Shown one piece after another: positions 17,098 to 25,072 of a stretch of DNA of 64,000 bases. The first letter of the stretch is position 1; each line of letters starts with the position of its first letter. This DNA is from Candidatus Sumerlaeota bacterium (GTDB taxonomy: Bacteria; Sumerlaeota; Sumerlaeia; SLMS01). The position numbers and the translations under genes are program-made. The notes beneath the pieces are model-generated. The model was given only the letters and a program-made list of their open reading frames with translations. It had not been told where the DNA came from and ran no database searches. The DNA is taken from assembly GCA_020848155.1 (NCBI GenBank), contig JADLAR010000017.1, positions 6,554-70,553 on the forward strand, given 5' to 3'.

Positions 17098-19851
17098 CTA
17101 AAAGATCTTGTACTTGATTTCGATCTCTTCGTCGCTGCGGCCATCCGGTTCGCGTGGCTGTTCTGCCAACGGCTTCGGATTCCCCGTCCCCGAGGGTGGC
17201 GAAAATGCCGGAAAGGGTGCAGGGTCATTCTTCGGGGCGCCACCCGGCAGTGGATTCTGGTCACCGGACAAACTTCCGCGGCTGGATCGCCGCGCTGGCG
17301 GGCCGCCTCCGCCGGAAATTCCCAAGATGGAACCAAGCCTCTCTGTCATACCGCCGGGGAAGGCCGTATCGGGACGACTTCCTGATCCTGTTCCTGATCC
17401 GCGGGAACCCGGCGAAATATCCCCGCGGCTTCCCGGCCGCGGAACATCCGGGCGGGAAACGGACTGGCGGGATGCCGCCGGAGCCAACGGATCCAATTTC
17501 GGCGTCGCTTCCTTTGAGGCTCCCGGATTCGGGATTCCGGGGAGGTTGAAGAATCCGCTCTGCCCGGGGCTTGGCGCTGCGGGCGTTTGCGCCACACCGG
17601 AGGCCCCGGCGGGCTTCAACAAATCCGCGCGACTGGTGCGCAACGGAGTCTTGTCCGTCAGGCCCAATGCGCTCATCAACCCGCCGCCGATTCCACCCAG
17701 CGCCGCTTCCTCGGGAACATCGGCGTCCGCGTAGTACACCGGATCATGCAGCCATTCGTTGTCGGCTTCGTCCTGCGCCGAATCAACGACACGCGTGGAA
17801 GTTTTCAGGAGGCGATGTTGAATCTGGGCGTACTTGAACAAACCACCCGTCATCGCGTTGCTCAGGCTTAGGAACATTCCCTTCGGTTGCCACCAATCCG
17901 TGTGGAACAGAAGCCCCGCTGCCATCCCTTCGCGCCCGTTGTACTGGCCATCCTCCCGCACAACAAGCTGCTGTGCAAACAGGCGCGCATCCTCCGCCCG
18001 TGAACGATAGTAATCGTCGCCGATGAAATTCGCCAGCTTCACCATCTCGCGATAGCTGATCAGCCCCTGGCACCCCGTGGCGGGTGATGCGACGGAAGTG
18101 ATGTCGCCACCGCGGGTCGCAATCTCGTAACGCCCCAGCATCGAATTGCGCGTGAACGCCACGTTGTAGCTGAAACGCCAGGTCAGCGCCAGATCCGCCG
18201 CCTTCTTTGCGAGGGCCAGCCACTTCGTGTCGCGATCGAGTTCGTACAGGTTGATGTAGGCGACCAGCGCCCAATGACAATCATCGCTCGTGGGCACGCA
18301 GTTCAAGTCTTCAACGGTTCCATACAGCAGCCCATTGCGGACAAACTTTGCGTAGTAGTCGCCCGCCTTGATCGCAACTTCGCGGAAATGCGGCTTCTGT
18401 AGCAGCGACGAGCCCGTTGCGAACGCAGCGATCCACGGAAGCCCTCCGCATCCATCGAAACTTGTGGGGCGACCTGTCGTCAGGTCGTAATAACATGGAA
18501 ATGCGCCGTCATCGCGCTGTGCGCCCATGGCATAATTCAGCGACGACAAGGCCGCTTCGTACCATTGATGGTGATTCGTGCTGTTCCTGATCTCCAGTCC
18601 CAGCGATCGCAGGATGAACAGCACCGCCTCCGCCACCGTGCGCGAATGCGCCGTTCCGTCCTCCGGTCCGAAGCTGCACGACCATCCGTTCTCCTCTGTC
18701 CACGCCGGGAAGATCGTCCCCCCCGGTGCGATTGCCCCCGTGAATTTGTTCAGGATGGCGACGCCGGCGTTGATCGACTCCACGTGCTTCGATTCACGCC
18801 CCGCATGGAGCAACGCGTAGGCAGGCAAGGCCCCGCTCAACCAGCCCGCGTGCATGTGCGCGCGTTCCGTGTACGCACCCTTGCGCCCGAAGTGCCGGTC
18901 AAACGATGCGCTTTCGTAAAGCGCCGCCTGGCGGCTGTCGAAGTGCCAGCGCAAAAGCCCTGCGTGCGCCACCTGCTCCTGTTCCTCCAGGGGAGCCGCA
19001 GCCTTCGCTGGCGGATTTTCCTTCTCATCCGCATAGTAGAGATACCGAACAACCCTGCCATGCGCGTGAAGGTCCGGTTGATCGATGCCCGCCAGAAAGG
19101 TCGTCACCATCGGCGTCGCCTTCGGCAGGACCACGAAGGTCTCTTCCGGTTCGATCTTGTCCTCATGGCAGAATGAAAATTTCACCGGCACTTCGCGGTA
19201 GGGAAAATCCACCCCCAGCGTTGGCTGCCCTTCCTCCGACCCGAAGTGCAGCCCCGTCATTCCAACGCCTTCGGGGTTCTCGCGCGTTCGCCCGAAGACC
19301 CCCTGGGTGGAAACGTAACCGAAGCACCCGTACGTCCATGCACACACAAGCGGCGTCGCGGCGCGATCCGAGCGGAGCGCCCAATTATTTGAAACCAGCT
19401 TGCGCAGGTCCCGGTTTATTTCAGAGTAGGTTGGGTAGACACGCGTGCTTCCCGGTGGCCTGTTGTTGCCATAGAACACGCCGGGCACAAGCCAGCGCGG
19501 ATCGGCCTCGCCCGTCAGGATCATCTGCGCAGAGACGCGAATTCGCATCTCATCAACGGCATTCTCCACCCGCATCTCAACCCGCAGCGCATCCAGTCCT
19601 TCCGCTGCTGCCGTGATGCGCCCATACAGGGCAAGCCGCTGCGAGGTGAAGCCGTGGAAATCCGCCGCGTTCGGTCCCGCCGGCACAAGCCGCTGGATCT
19701 GGAAGATCGCGGGCGGCGATCCAGCCTCCGTGATGGTGAACATCAACAGCGGCGTGACAATCACCGGCTGTGCGTCGCCGGTCCGCTGAAGGCGAAGGCC
19801 CCGCGATTCGAAGCTAAGCTGATATTTGCCGACCTGGACGGATGCGGGCAC
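17098..19851 (-). CDS. Large hypothetical protein: a ~690-aa Cys/Trp-rich globular region followed by a ~230-aa Pro/Gly/Ser-rich disordered tail
   Basis: 917-aa ORF with no N-terminal signal peptide. The globular part contains motifs such as DDCHWALVAYINLYELDRD, GCGGLPWIAAF and GWSCSFGPEDGTAHS. These may indicate an (alpha/alpha)-barrel hydrolase- or LanC-like fold, but no family can be assigned by eye. The C-terminal part (plus-strand coordinates ~17100-17800) is low-complexity PGSG-rich and ends EEIEIKYKIF. Confidence 0.6.
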   Translation of the reverse strand: MPASVQVGKYQLSFESRGLRLQRTGDAQPVIVTPLLMFTITEAGSPPAIFQIQRLVPAGPNAADFHGFTSQRLALYGRITAAAEGLDALRVEMRVENAVDEMRIRVSAQMILTGEADPRWLVPGVFYGNNRPPGSTRVYPTYSEINRDLRKLVSNNWALRSDRAATPLVCAWTYGCFGYVSTQGVFGRTRENPEGVGMTGLHFGSEEGQPTLGVDFPYREVPVKFSFCHEDKIEPEETFVVLPKATPMVTTFLAGIDQPDLHAHGRVVRYLYYADEKENPPAKAAAPLEEQEQVAHAGLLRWHFDSRQAALYESASFDRHFGRKGAYTERAHMHAGWLSGALPAYALLHAGRESKHVESINAGVAILNKFTGAIAPGGTIFPAWTEENGWSCSFGPEDGTAHSRTVAEAVLFILRSLGLEIRNSTNHHQWYEAALSSLNYAMGAQRDDGAFPCYYDLTTGRPTSFDGCGGLPWIAAFATGSSLLQKPHFREVAIKAGDYYAKFVRNGLLYGTVEDLNCVPTSDDCHWALVAYINLYELDRDTKWLALAKKAADLALTWRFSYNVAFTRNSMLGRYEIATRGGDITSVASPATGCQGLISYREMVKLANFIGDDYYRSRAEDARLFAQQLVVREDGQYNGREGMAAGLLFHTDWWQPKGMFLSLSNAMTGGLFKYAQIQHRLLKTSTRVVDSAQDEADNEWLHDPVYYADADVPEEAALGGIGGGLMSALGLTDKTPLRTSRADLLKPAGASGVAQTPAAPSPGQSGFFNLPGIPNPGASKEATPKLDPLAPAASRQSVSRPDVPRPGSRGDISPGSRGSGTGSGSRPDTAFPGGMTERLGSILGISGGGGPPARRSSRGSLSGDQNPLPGGAPKNDPAPFPAFSPPSGTGNPKPLAEQPREPDGRSDEEIEIKYKIF

Positions 19852-20026
19852 GCCTACGGTTCACCTACGAGTGGGGTATCGCCCATACAGAAACCGCAAT
19901 CGGGCCGAGTTGGCAAGGGAGATTGGGGGGCGCCAAATCCGCCTGCCCGTTATTTTGCGCCTTGCCCGGCAACCCCCCGGCGCGAAACCTGACTCGAATT
20001 GAGCAGGGGATTCATTTGCCCGACCA

Positions 20027-21130
20027 ATGCGCATCCTTTTTGTTTCCGACCAAGATCAATGCCGGGGCCCCATGGCGCGGGCCATCGCGGAGCGCATGGC
20101 CCGGCAGCAGATGATGGACAGCGCCGTCTTCGATTCCGCCGGCCTGCGAGCACCAGCCGGCGAACCTCCCACGCTCGAAGCCGCATCCTTCATGCACGGC
20201 GAAAAAATTTCCATCATCAACCATCGCAGCAAGCGCCTCACCGTTCCCCTCGTCGACGGTGCCGACGTCATCCTGTGCATGACCAAGGCCCAGATGGACG
20301 AGGCGCGCAAGGCTGCCGGCCCCGACTACGCACCCAAATTCGTCCAGATCAACGAGGCCGTCGACCTGACAACCACCCGCATGGACGTCATGCCACCCGG
20401 TCCCAATACCGCCGGCATGCGCCGACTTTACGCCGCCCTCAGCGCCACCATCGGCCGCCTCATTCGCACCCTTGAAGAACCCGACGCCTCACCCGAATAT
20501 TTCGGTGCGAAGACAATGCCCAAGAAGCTTCGGCCCGGTGCCGGCGGCGCAGGCCCCCGCGTCAGCGAAACCACACTCGATCCCGAAAAGCGCGTCTTCA
20601 TTGCGAACATGATCTTCAGCCTCATCGAACGCGCCTTCGAGCCAATGACCACCGGCGCCCTGCTCGATCAGCTTGCCGCCGCCGGGCACCAACTCCCCAA
20701 AGCCGAACTTGAGGAACTCCTGCGCCAGGACCTCCACGGCCTCGCGCGCATGGACAAGGATGGTGCCTGGAACATCATCCACGGCGCAGCCGAGCGCAAA
20801 CGCGACAAGGCCCGCGCCGAAGCACGCGCCCGCGCCGAGGACCAACGCAAAGCCCGCGAAGCCGAAAAGCCCAAGGATTTGGACAAGAACCTCACAGAGG
20901 ACGTCGCGTTTGAACTGCTCGGCATCAGGAAGGAAACCTCCCGCGCCGATGCCCAGAAAAAATACCGCGCACTCCTCAAGCGCTACCACCCCGATCGCTT
21001 CCACGACGACCCTTCATTCCTCGAAATGGCCGAGGCCAAGACCCGCCGCGTCAACGCGGCCTGGGAATTCTTGAAGGAACGCCTCCCGGAAGGCGAAGCC
21101 CCCCCCGAGGCGGAGGAAGTACAAAGTTAG
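20027..21130 (+). CDS. Fusion protein: N-terminal LMW-PTP/ArsC-like domain with a degenerate P-loop, and a C-terminal DnaJ J-domain
   Basis: The N-terminus MRILFVSDQDQCRGPMARAIAE aligns to the LMW-PTP P-loop (L/V)CxGNxCRSPxAEA. The nucleophile Cys is replaced by Ser while the second Cys and the Arg are kept. The C-terminus FELLGIRKETSRADAQKKYRALLKRYHPDRFHDD...VNAAWEFLKE is a J-domain with the HPD motif. Confidence 0.7.
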   Translation: MRILFVSDQDQCRGPMARAIAERMARQQMMDSAVFDSAGLRAPAGEPPTLEAASFMHGEKISIINHRSKRLTVPLVDGADVILCMTKAQMDEARKAAGPDYAPKFVQINEAVDLTTTRMDVMPPGPNTAGMRRLYAALSATIGRLIRTLEEPDASPEYFGAKTMPKKLRPGAGGAGPRVSETTLDPEKRVFIANMIFSLIERAFEPMTTGALLDQLAAAGHQLPKAELEELLRQDLHGLARMDKDGAWNIIHGAAERKRDKARAEARARAEDQRKAREAEKPKDLDKNLTEDVAFELLGIRKETSRADAQKKYRALLKRYHPDRFHDDPSFLEMAEAKTRRVNAAWEFLKERLPEGEAPPEAEEVQS

Positions 21131-21139
21131 GCGGCTCCC

Positions 21140-22351
21140 TCAGCCACAACGCTCGATCACCATCGCGATGCCCTGACCCACGCCGATGCACATTGTGCAG
21201 AGCGCACGCTGCTTGCCGGTTCGCGTAAGTTGTCGCGTGGCGGTGGTGAGCAAGCGCGCGCCGCTCATGCCGAGCGGATGACCCAGCGCGATGGCACCAC
21301 CGAGTGGGTTGATCCGCGGATCATCGTCGGCGAGCTTCAACGCCCGTGAACACGCGAGCGCCTGCACGGCAAAGGCCTCATTCAGTTCAATGATGTCCAT
21401 GGCATCGAGCGTAAGCCCCAGGCGCTGGAGTAATTTTTGGGTCGCCGGAACAGGGCCCATGCCCATTATCCGGGGCTGGACGCCGGCCGTGGCCGCGCCA
21501 ACGATTCGGGCACGAGGCACAAGGCCATGGCGCGTGGCCGCCGCGGCGGAGGCAATCAGCAGCGCCGCCGCCCCATCGTTGACACCGGATGCATTTCCAG
21601 CCGTGACGGTGCCGTCACTGCGAACGAAAGGTTTCAACTGTGCAAGTTTCTCGATCGATGACGGCCGCGGATGCTCGTCCTTTTCGACAACAACGGGATC
21701 GCCCTTCCTGCGCGGAATCGTGACGGGAATGATTTCCTCTGCAAGCTGCCCACCCTGCTGCGCGGCGGCCGCCTTCGTCTGGCTCCAACAGGCGAAGCGA
21801 TCCTGATCCTCGCGGGAGATGGCAAAGTCGACCGCGAGATTTTCCGCAGTCTCCGGCATTGAGTCGACGCCATGCGCCGACTTGATGCGGGGGTTGATGA
21901 AACGCCACCCGATCGTGGTGTCCTGAAGTTCGGCCTGTCGCGAAAATGGCTCGGCGGCTTTTCCCATGACGAAGGGGGCGCGCGACATGCTTTCCACGCC
22001 GCCAGCAAGGATCACCTCCGCCTCACCTGCGGCAATCGCGCGGGCCGCAGTGGCAACCGCATCCATGCCAGACCCACAAAGGCGATTCACAGTGACTGCG
22101 GAAACGCCCACGGGCAGGCCCGCCAGCAACGACGCCATGCGCGCCACGTTGCGATTGTCTTCACCCGCCTGATTCGCGCATCCCATGATCACGTCATCAA
22201 GCGCGTCCCAATCCATCCTGGCATTGCGATCCATCAATGCGCGAATGGGAATTGCGGCAAGGTCGTCCGTGCGCACCGAGGACAACCCCTCGCCATAACG
22301 GCCAACGGGGGTGCGAATCGCATCGCAGATAAAGACGTCTTTCATGGTCAT
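21140..22351 (-). CDS. Acetyl-CoA C-acyltransferase (thiolase II, 3-oxoadipyl-CoA/acetoacetyl-CoA thiolase-like)
   Basis: 403 aa with thiolase signatures (VNRLCGSGMDAV around the catalytic Cys; C-terminal NEAFAVQALA and GGAIALGHPLGMSGAR; final CIGVGQG). Confidence 0.9.
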   Translation of the reverse strand: MTMKDVFICDAIRTPVGRYGEGLSSVRTDDLAAIPIRALMDRNARMDWDALDDVIMGCANQAGEDNRNVARMASLLAGLPVGVSAVTVNRLCGSGMDAVATAARAIAAGEAEVILAGGVESMSRAPFVMGKAAEPFSRQAELQDTTIGWRFINPRIKSAHGVDSMPETAENLAVDFAISREDQDRFACWSQTKAAAAQQGGQLAEEIIPVTIPRRKGDPVVVEKDEHPRPSSIEKLAQLKPFVRSDGTVTAGNASGVNDGAAALLIASAAAATRHGLVPRARIVGAATAGVQPRIMGMGPVPATQKLLQRLGLTLDAMDIIELNEAFAVQALACSRALKLADDDPRINPLGGAIALGHPLGMSGARLLTTATRQLTRTGKQRALCTMCIGVGQGIAMVIERCG

Positions 22352-23688
22352 GCCCGCGCTGCCACCGTCATTGCCGGAATCTGCTTCGCGATCAGTTGGA
22401 AGCCCCTCTGAAGCTCAACGCAGAGTTGATCGATTTCCACCTCTGTCATCGGCGTCGAAATGGTGCCGGAGCAGGTGTTGATCAGCATGAATCCATGATT
22501 GAACATGTGGTCGAGAAGCGTTCGAACTGCCGTGGCCTCGTTGGGATTCGCATAGGCGGCACGATAATCGGCAGGTGGTTCGGGCTTCATGTGAATGCGG
22601 AACATCGACCCGGCACCGGTCACACAGGCGGAAACTCCCTCGGCATTGATGATTTCTGCAATCTGGCGGCGCGCACGCTCACCAAGGGCATTGAGACGAG
22701 CAACCTCCCCACGGTCAAACAGGCGCATTGCCGCGAGGCCCGCGGACAAGGTCACCGGATTGGCGGAGAATGTGCCCGAATGCGGAAAGAGCACCTTGTC
22801 CGCCAGCGGATTCAACACATCCATCACGTCTGCACGCCCGGTGATGGCGCCGACGGGAAACCCACCGCCAATCGCCTTGCCGAGCGCCGTCAAGTCGGGG
22901 CGTTGCCGGTACCACTCCTGCGCTCCACCATACTCCGACCTGAATGTGATCACTTCATCAAAGATGAGCAACGCGCCATTGCGTCGTGTCCATCCATGAA
23001 GTGCCTCGATGAAGTCCGCAGAGGCGGGAACCATTCCCACGCGGTGGGGAATCGGATCAATCAGCACGGCCGCCAGGTCGGATCGATGTTGATCGAGAAG
23101 CGCTAGGGCGCGCACCGAATCGTTGAAGGGAAGGATGACAACCTCATCCAATGCGGAGGCCGGGGTTCCTGCGGTGACGGGAACGCTGCGCGGATGCGCA
23201 GCCTCCCCCCAGTTTGCGGGGCTGGCCGTCTGGCTGACTTCCGCATAATCGTAAAGCCCGTGATAGGCGCCCTCGACCTTGGCGATCTTCGGACGCGACG
23301 TGAATGCACGCGCCGCCTTGAGGCAGCACATGATCCCCTCGGTCCCTGAATTCACGAAGCGTATCTTTTCAAAGCTCTGGGAGCGCCCCACCATGTGTTC
23401 GGCAAACTCGACCTCCACCTCCGTGGCGAGCGTGTACGCCGTGCCGCGGTGAAGTTGTTCGGTCACGGCGGCGATGATTGCCGGATGCGCGTGGCCGTGA
23501 ATGAGCGAAGCCATGTTGTTTGCAAAGTCGATGCGGCAATTGCCGTCGATGTCGGTCACGCGGCATCCCTCGCCATGCGCCGCGTAGGCGGGATGGGGCT
23601 TGCGAAGAACCGCGTTTCGGCTGACTCCGCCGGGAAGGACCTTCAGTGCACGCTCGTAGAGATGCTCACTGCGTGTTTGACCCTTCAT
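22348..23688 (-). CDS. Class-III PLP aminotransferase/aminomutase, HemL (glutamate-1-semialdehyde 2,1-aminomutase)-like
   Basis: 446 aa. The N-terminus SEHLYERALKVLPGGVSRNA resembles the HemL N-terminus, and the rest has class-III aminotransferase architecture. It overlaps the neighbouring genes by 4 bp on each side. Confidence 0.8.
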   Translation of the reverse strand: MKGQTRSEHLYERALKVLPGGVSRNAVLRKPHPAYAAHGEGCRVTDIDGNCRIDFANNMASLIHGHAHPAIIAAVTEQLHRGTAYTLATEVEVEFAEHMVGRSQSFEKIRFVNSGTEGIMCCLKAARAFTSRPKIAKVEGAYHGLYDYAEVSQTASPANWGEAAHPRSVPVTAGTPASALDEVVILPFNDSVRALALLDQHRSDLAAVLIDPIPHRVGMVPASADFIEALHGWTRRNGALLIFDEVITFRSEYGGAQEWYRQRPDLTALGKAIGGGFPVGAITGRADVMDVLNPLADKVLFPHSGTFSANPVTLSAGLAAMRLFDRGEVARLNALGERARRQIAEIINAEGVSACVTGAGSMFRIHMKPEPPADYRAAYANPNEATAVRTLLDHMFNHGFMLINTCSGTISTPMTEVEIDQLCVELQRGFQLIAKQIPAMTVAARA

Positions 23689-24374
23689 TGTGATTCGCTC
23701 CTGGGGCGTCCATCGATGATTGGCGCGCCGGTCTTTTCCTGAAGTTCCCTGAATGTGATCCCCGGCGCGATTTCCTGCGCCACGAAACCTTCCGGCGTCA
23801 CATCAATGATCGCGAGGTTTGTATAGACACGATCAACCACGCCGCATCCGGTCAGTGGATACGTGCATTCGGCAACAAGCTTTGGTTCCCCGGTTTTCGT
23901 CGTATGCTCCGTCAGGATCACGACGCGCTTAACCCCCGCCACCAGATCCATGGCACCGCCGACAGCGGGAATCGCATCGGCCTCCCCCGTGGACCAGTTC
24001 GCAAGGTCGCCGCGCGACGACACCTGCATTGCACCCAGGACGCTCACGTCAAGGTGTCCGCCCCTGATCATTGCAAAGCTGTCGGCGTGATGGAAGTAGG
24101 CGGCACCGGCAATCGCCGTGACCGGCTTCTTCCCCGCATTGATCAACTCGGGATCCTCACTGCCGGCGGCGGGCGAAGGCCCCACGCCGAGCAACCCGTT
24201 CTCCGTGTGAAAGATGACCTCGTGATCCGGAGGCACATGCTGGGTGACCAGTTCGGGAATACCGATTCCCAGGTTCACATACGCACCATCGTGGATGTCA
24301 CGCGCGGCAAGGCGCGCCATGTCGTGGCGCGACCATCCCGTTGGTTGTTGGCTTGGCTGGCTCATGGGTAGCAC
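23685..24374 (-). CDS. 3-oxoacid CoA-transferase subunit B
   Basis: 229 aa, conserved throughout with CoA-transferase beta subunits (GIGIPELV ... ENGLLGVGP ... SFAMIRGGHLDVSVLGA). Confidence 0.9.
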   Translation of the reverse strand: MLPMSQPSQQPTGWSRHDMARLAARDIHDGAYVNLGIGIPELVTQHVPPDHEVIFHTENGLLGVGPSPAAGSEDPELINAGKKPVTAIAGAAYFHHADSFAMIRGGHLDVSVLGAMQVSSRGDLANWSTGEADAIPAVGGAMDLVAGVKRVVILTEHTTKTGEPKLVAECTYPLTGCGVVDRVYTNLAIIDVTPEGFVAQEIAPGITFRELQEKTGAPIIDGRPRSESQ

Positions 24375-25072
24375 CTGCCTTCCTTCACCAGGTGTGATTC
24401 CTGTTCCGGGCAGGGCACCTCCACCAGGCGCTGGACAAAAATTCCCGGCGTCACGACTGCTTCCGGATCAATGCAACCGGACTCCACGACCTGGCGCACC
24501 TGCACGATGGCGACCTTGGCGGCCATGCACATGATCGGCCCAAAATTCCGCGCCGTCTTTGTATAGACAAGGTTGCCATGGCGGTCCCCCCGGTCGGCGC
24601 GAACCAATGCAAAGTCCGCCCGCAACCCGCGCTCCATCACATAATCGCGACCATCAAAGGTGCGCCGCTCCTTGCCCTCGCCAAGCTGCGTTCCCACCGC
24701 CGTGGCCGTGAAAAACGCCGGGATTCCGGCACCGCCGGCCCGAATCCGCTCCGCCAGGGTTCCCTGCGGCACGAGTTCCAATTCGATCTTCCCCGCACGA
24801 TAAAGCTCGGGAAAAACCATCGAGTTCGTACTTCGTGGATACGAGCAGATCATCCGCGCGACCTGCCCATTCGCGATCAATGCCGCGAGGCCAACCCGCC
24901 CGCTCCCGGTGTTGTTGCTGATCACCGTCAGGTTGCGGGACCCCTTGTCCACCAAGGCGTGGATCAATTCAATGGGGCTTCCCGCTTCACCAAACCCCCC
25001 GATCATTACCGAGGCCCCGTCCCCTATGTCTGCCACCGCATCGGCCGGTGAACTCCACCTTTTCTGGATCAT
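24362..25072 (-). CDS. 3-oxoacid CoA-transferase subunit A
   Basis: 236 aa, conserved with CoA-transferase alpha subunits (GASVMIGGFGEAGSPIELIHAL ... SNNTGSG). Confidence 0.9.
   Translation of the reverse strand: MIQKRWSSPADAVADIGDGASVMIGGFGEAGSPIELIHALVDKGSRNLTVISNNTGSGRVGLAALIANGQVARMICSYPRSTNSMVFPELYRAGKIELELVPQGTLAERIRAGGAGIPAFFTATAVGTQLGEGKERRTFDGRDYVMERGLRADFALVRADRGDRHGNLVYTKTARNFGPIMCMAAKVAIVQVRQVVESGCIDPEAVVTPGIFVQRLVEVPCPEQESHLVKEGRCYP

Noticed and set aside
17108-17734. 208-aa plus-strand ORF rich in Pro/Gly
   Set aside because: It is antisense to the Pro/Gly/Ser-rich tail of the 917-aa gene. Low-complexity DNA gives open frames on both strands. The minus-strand frame is contiguous with the conserved globular region and is preferred.
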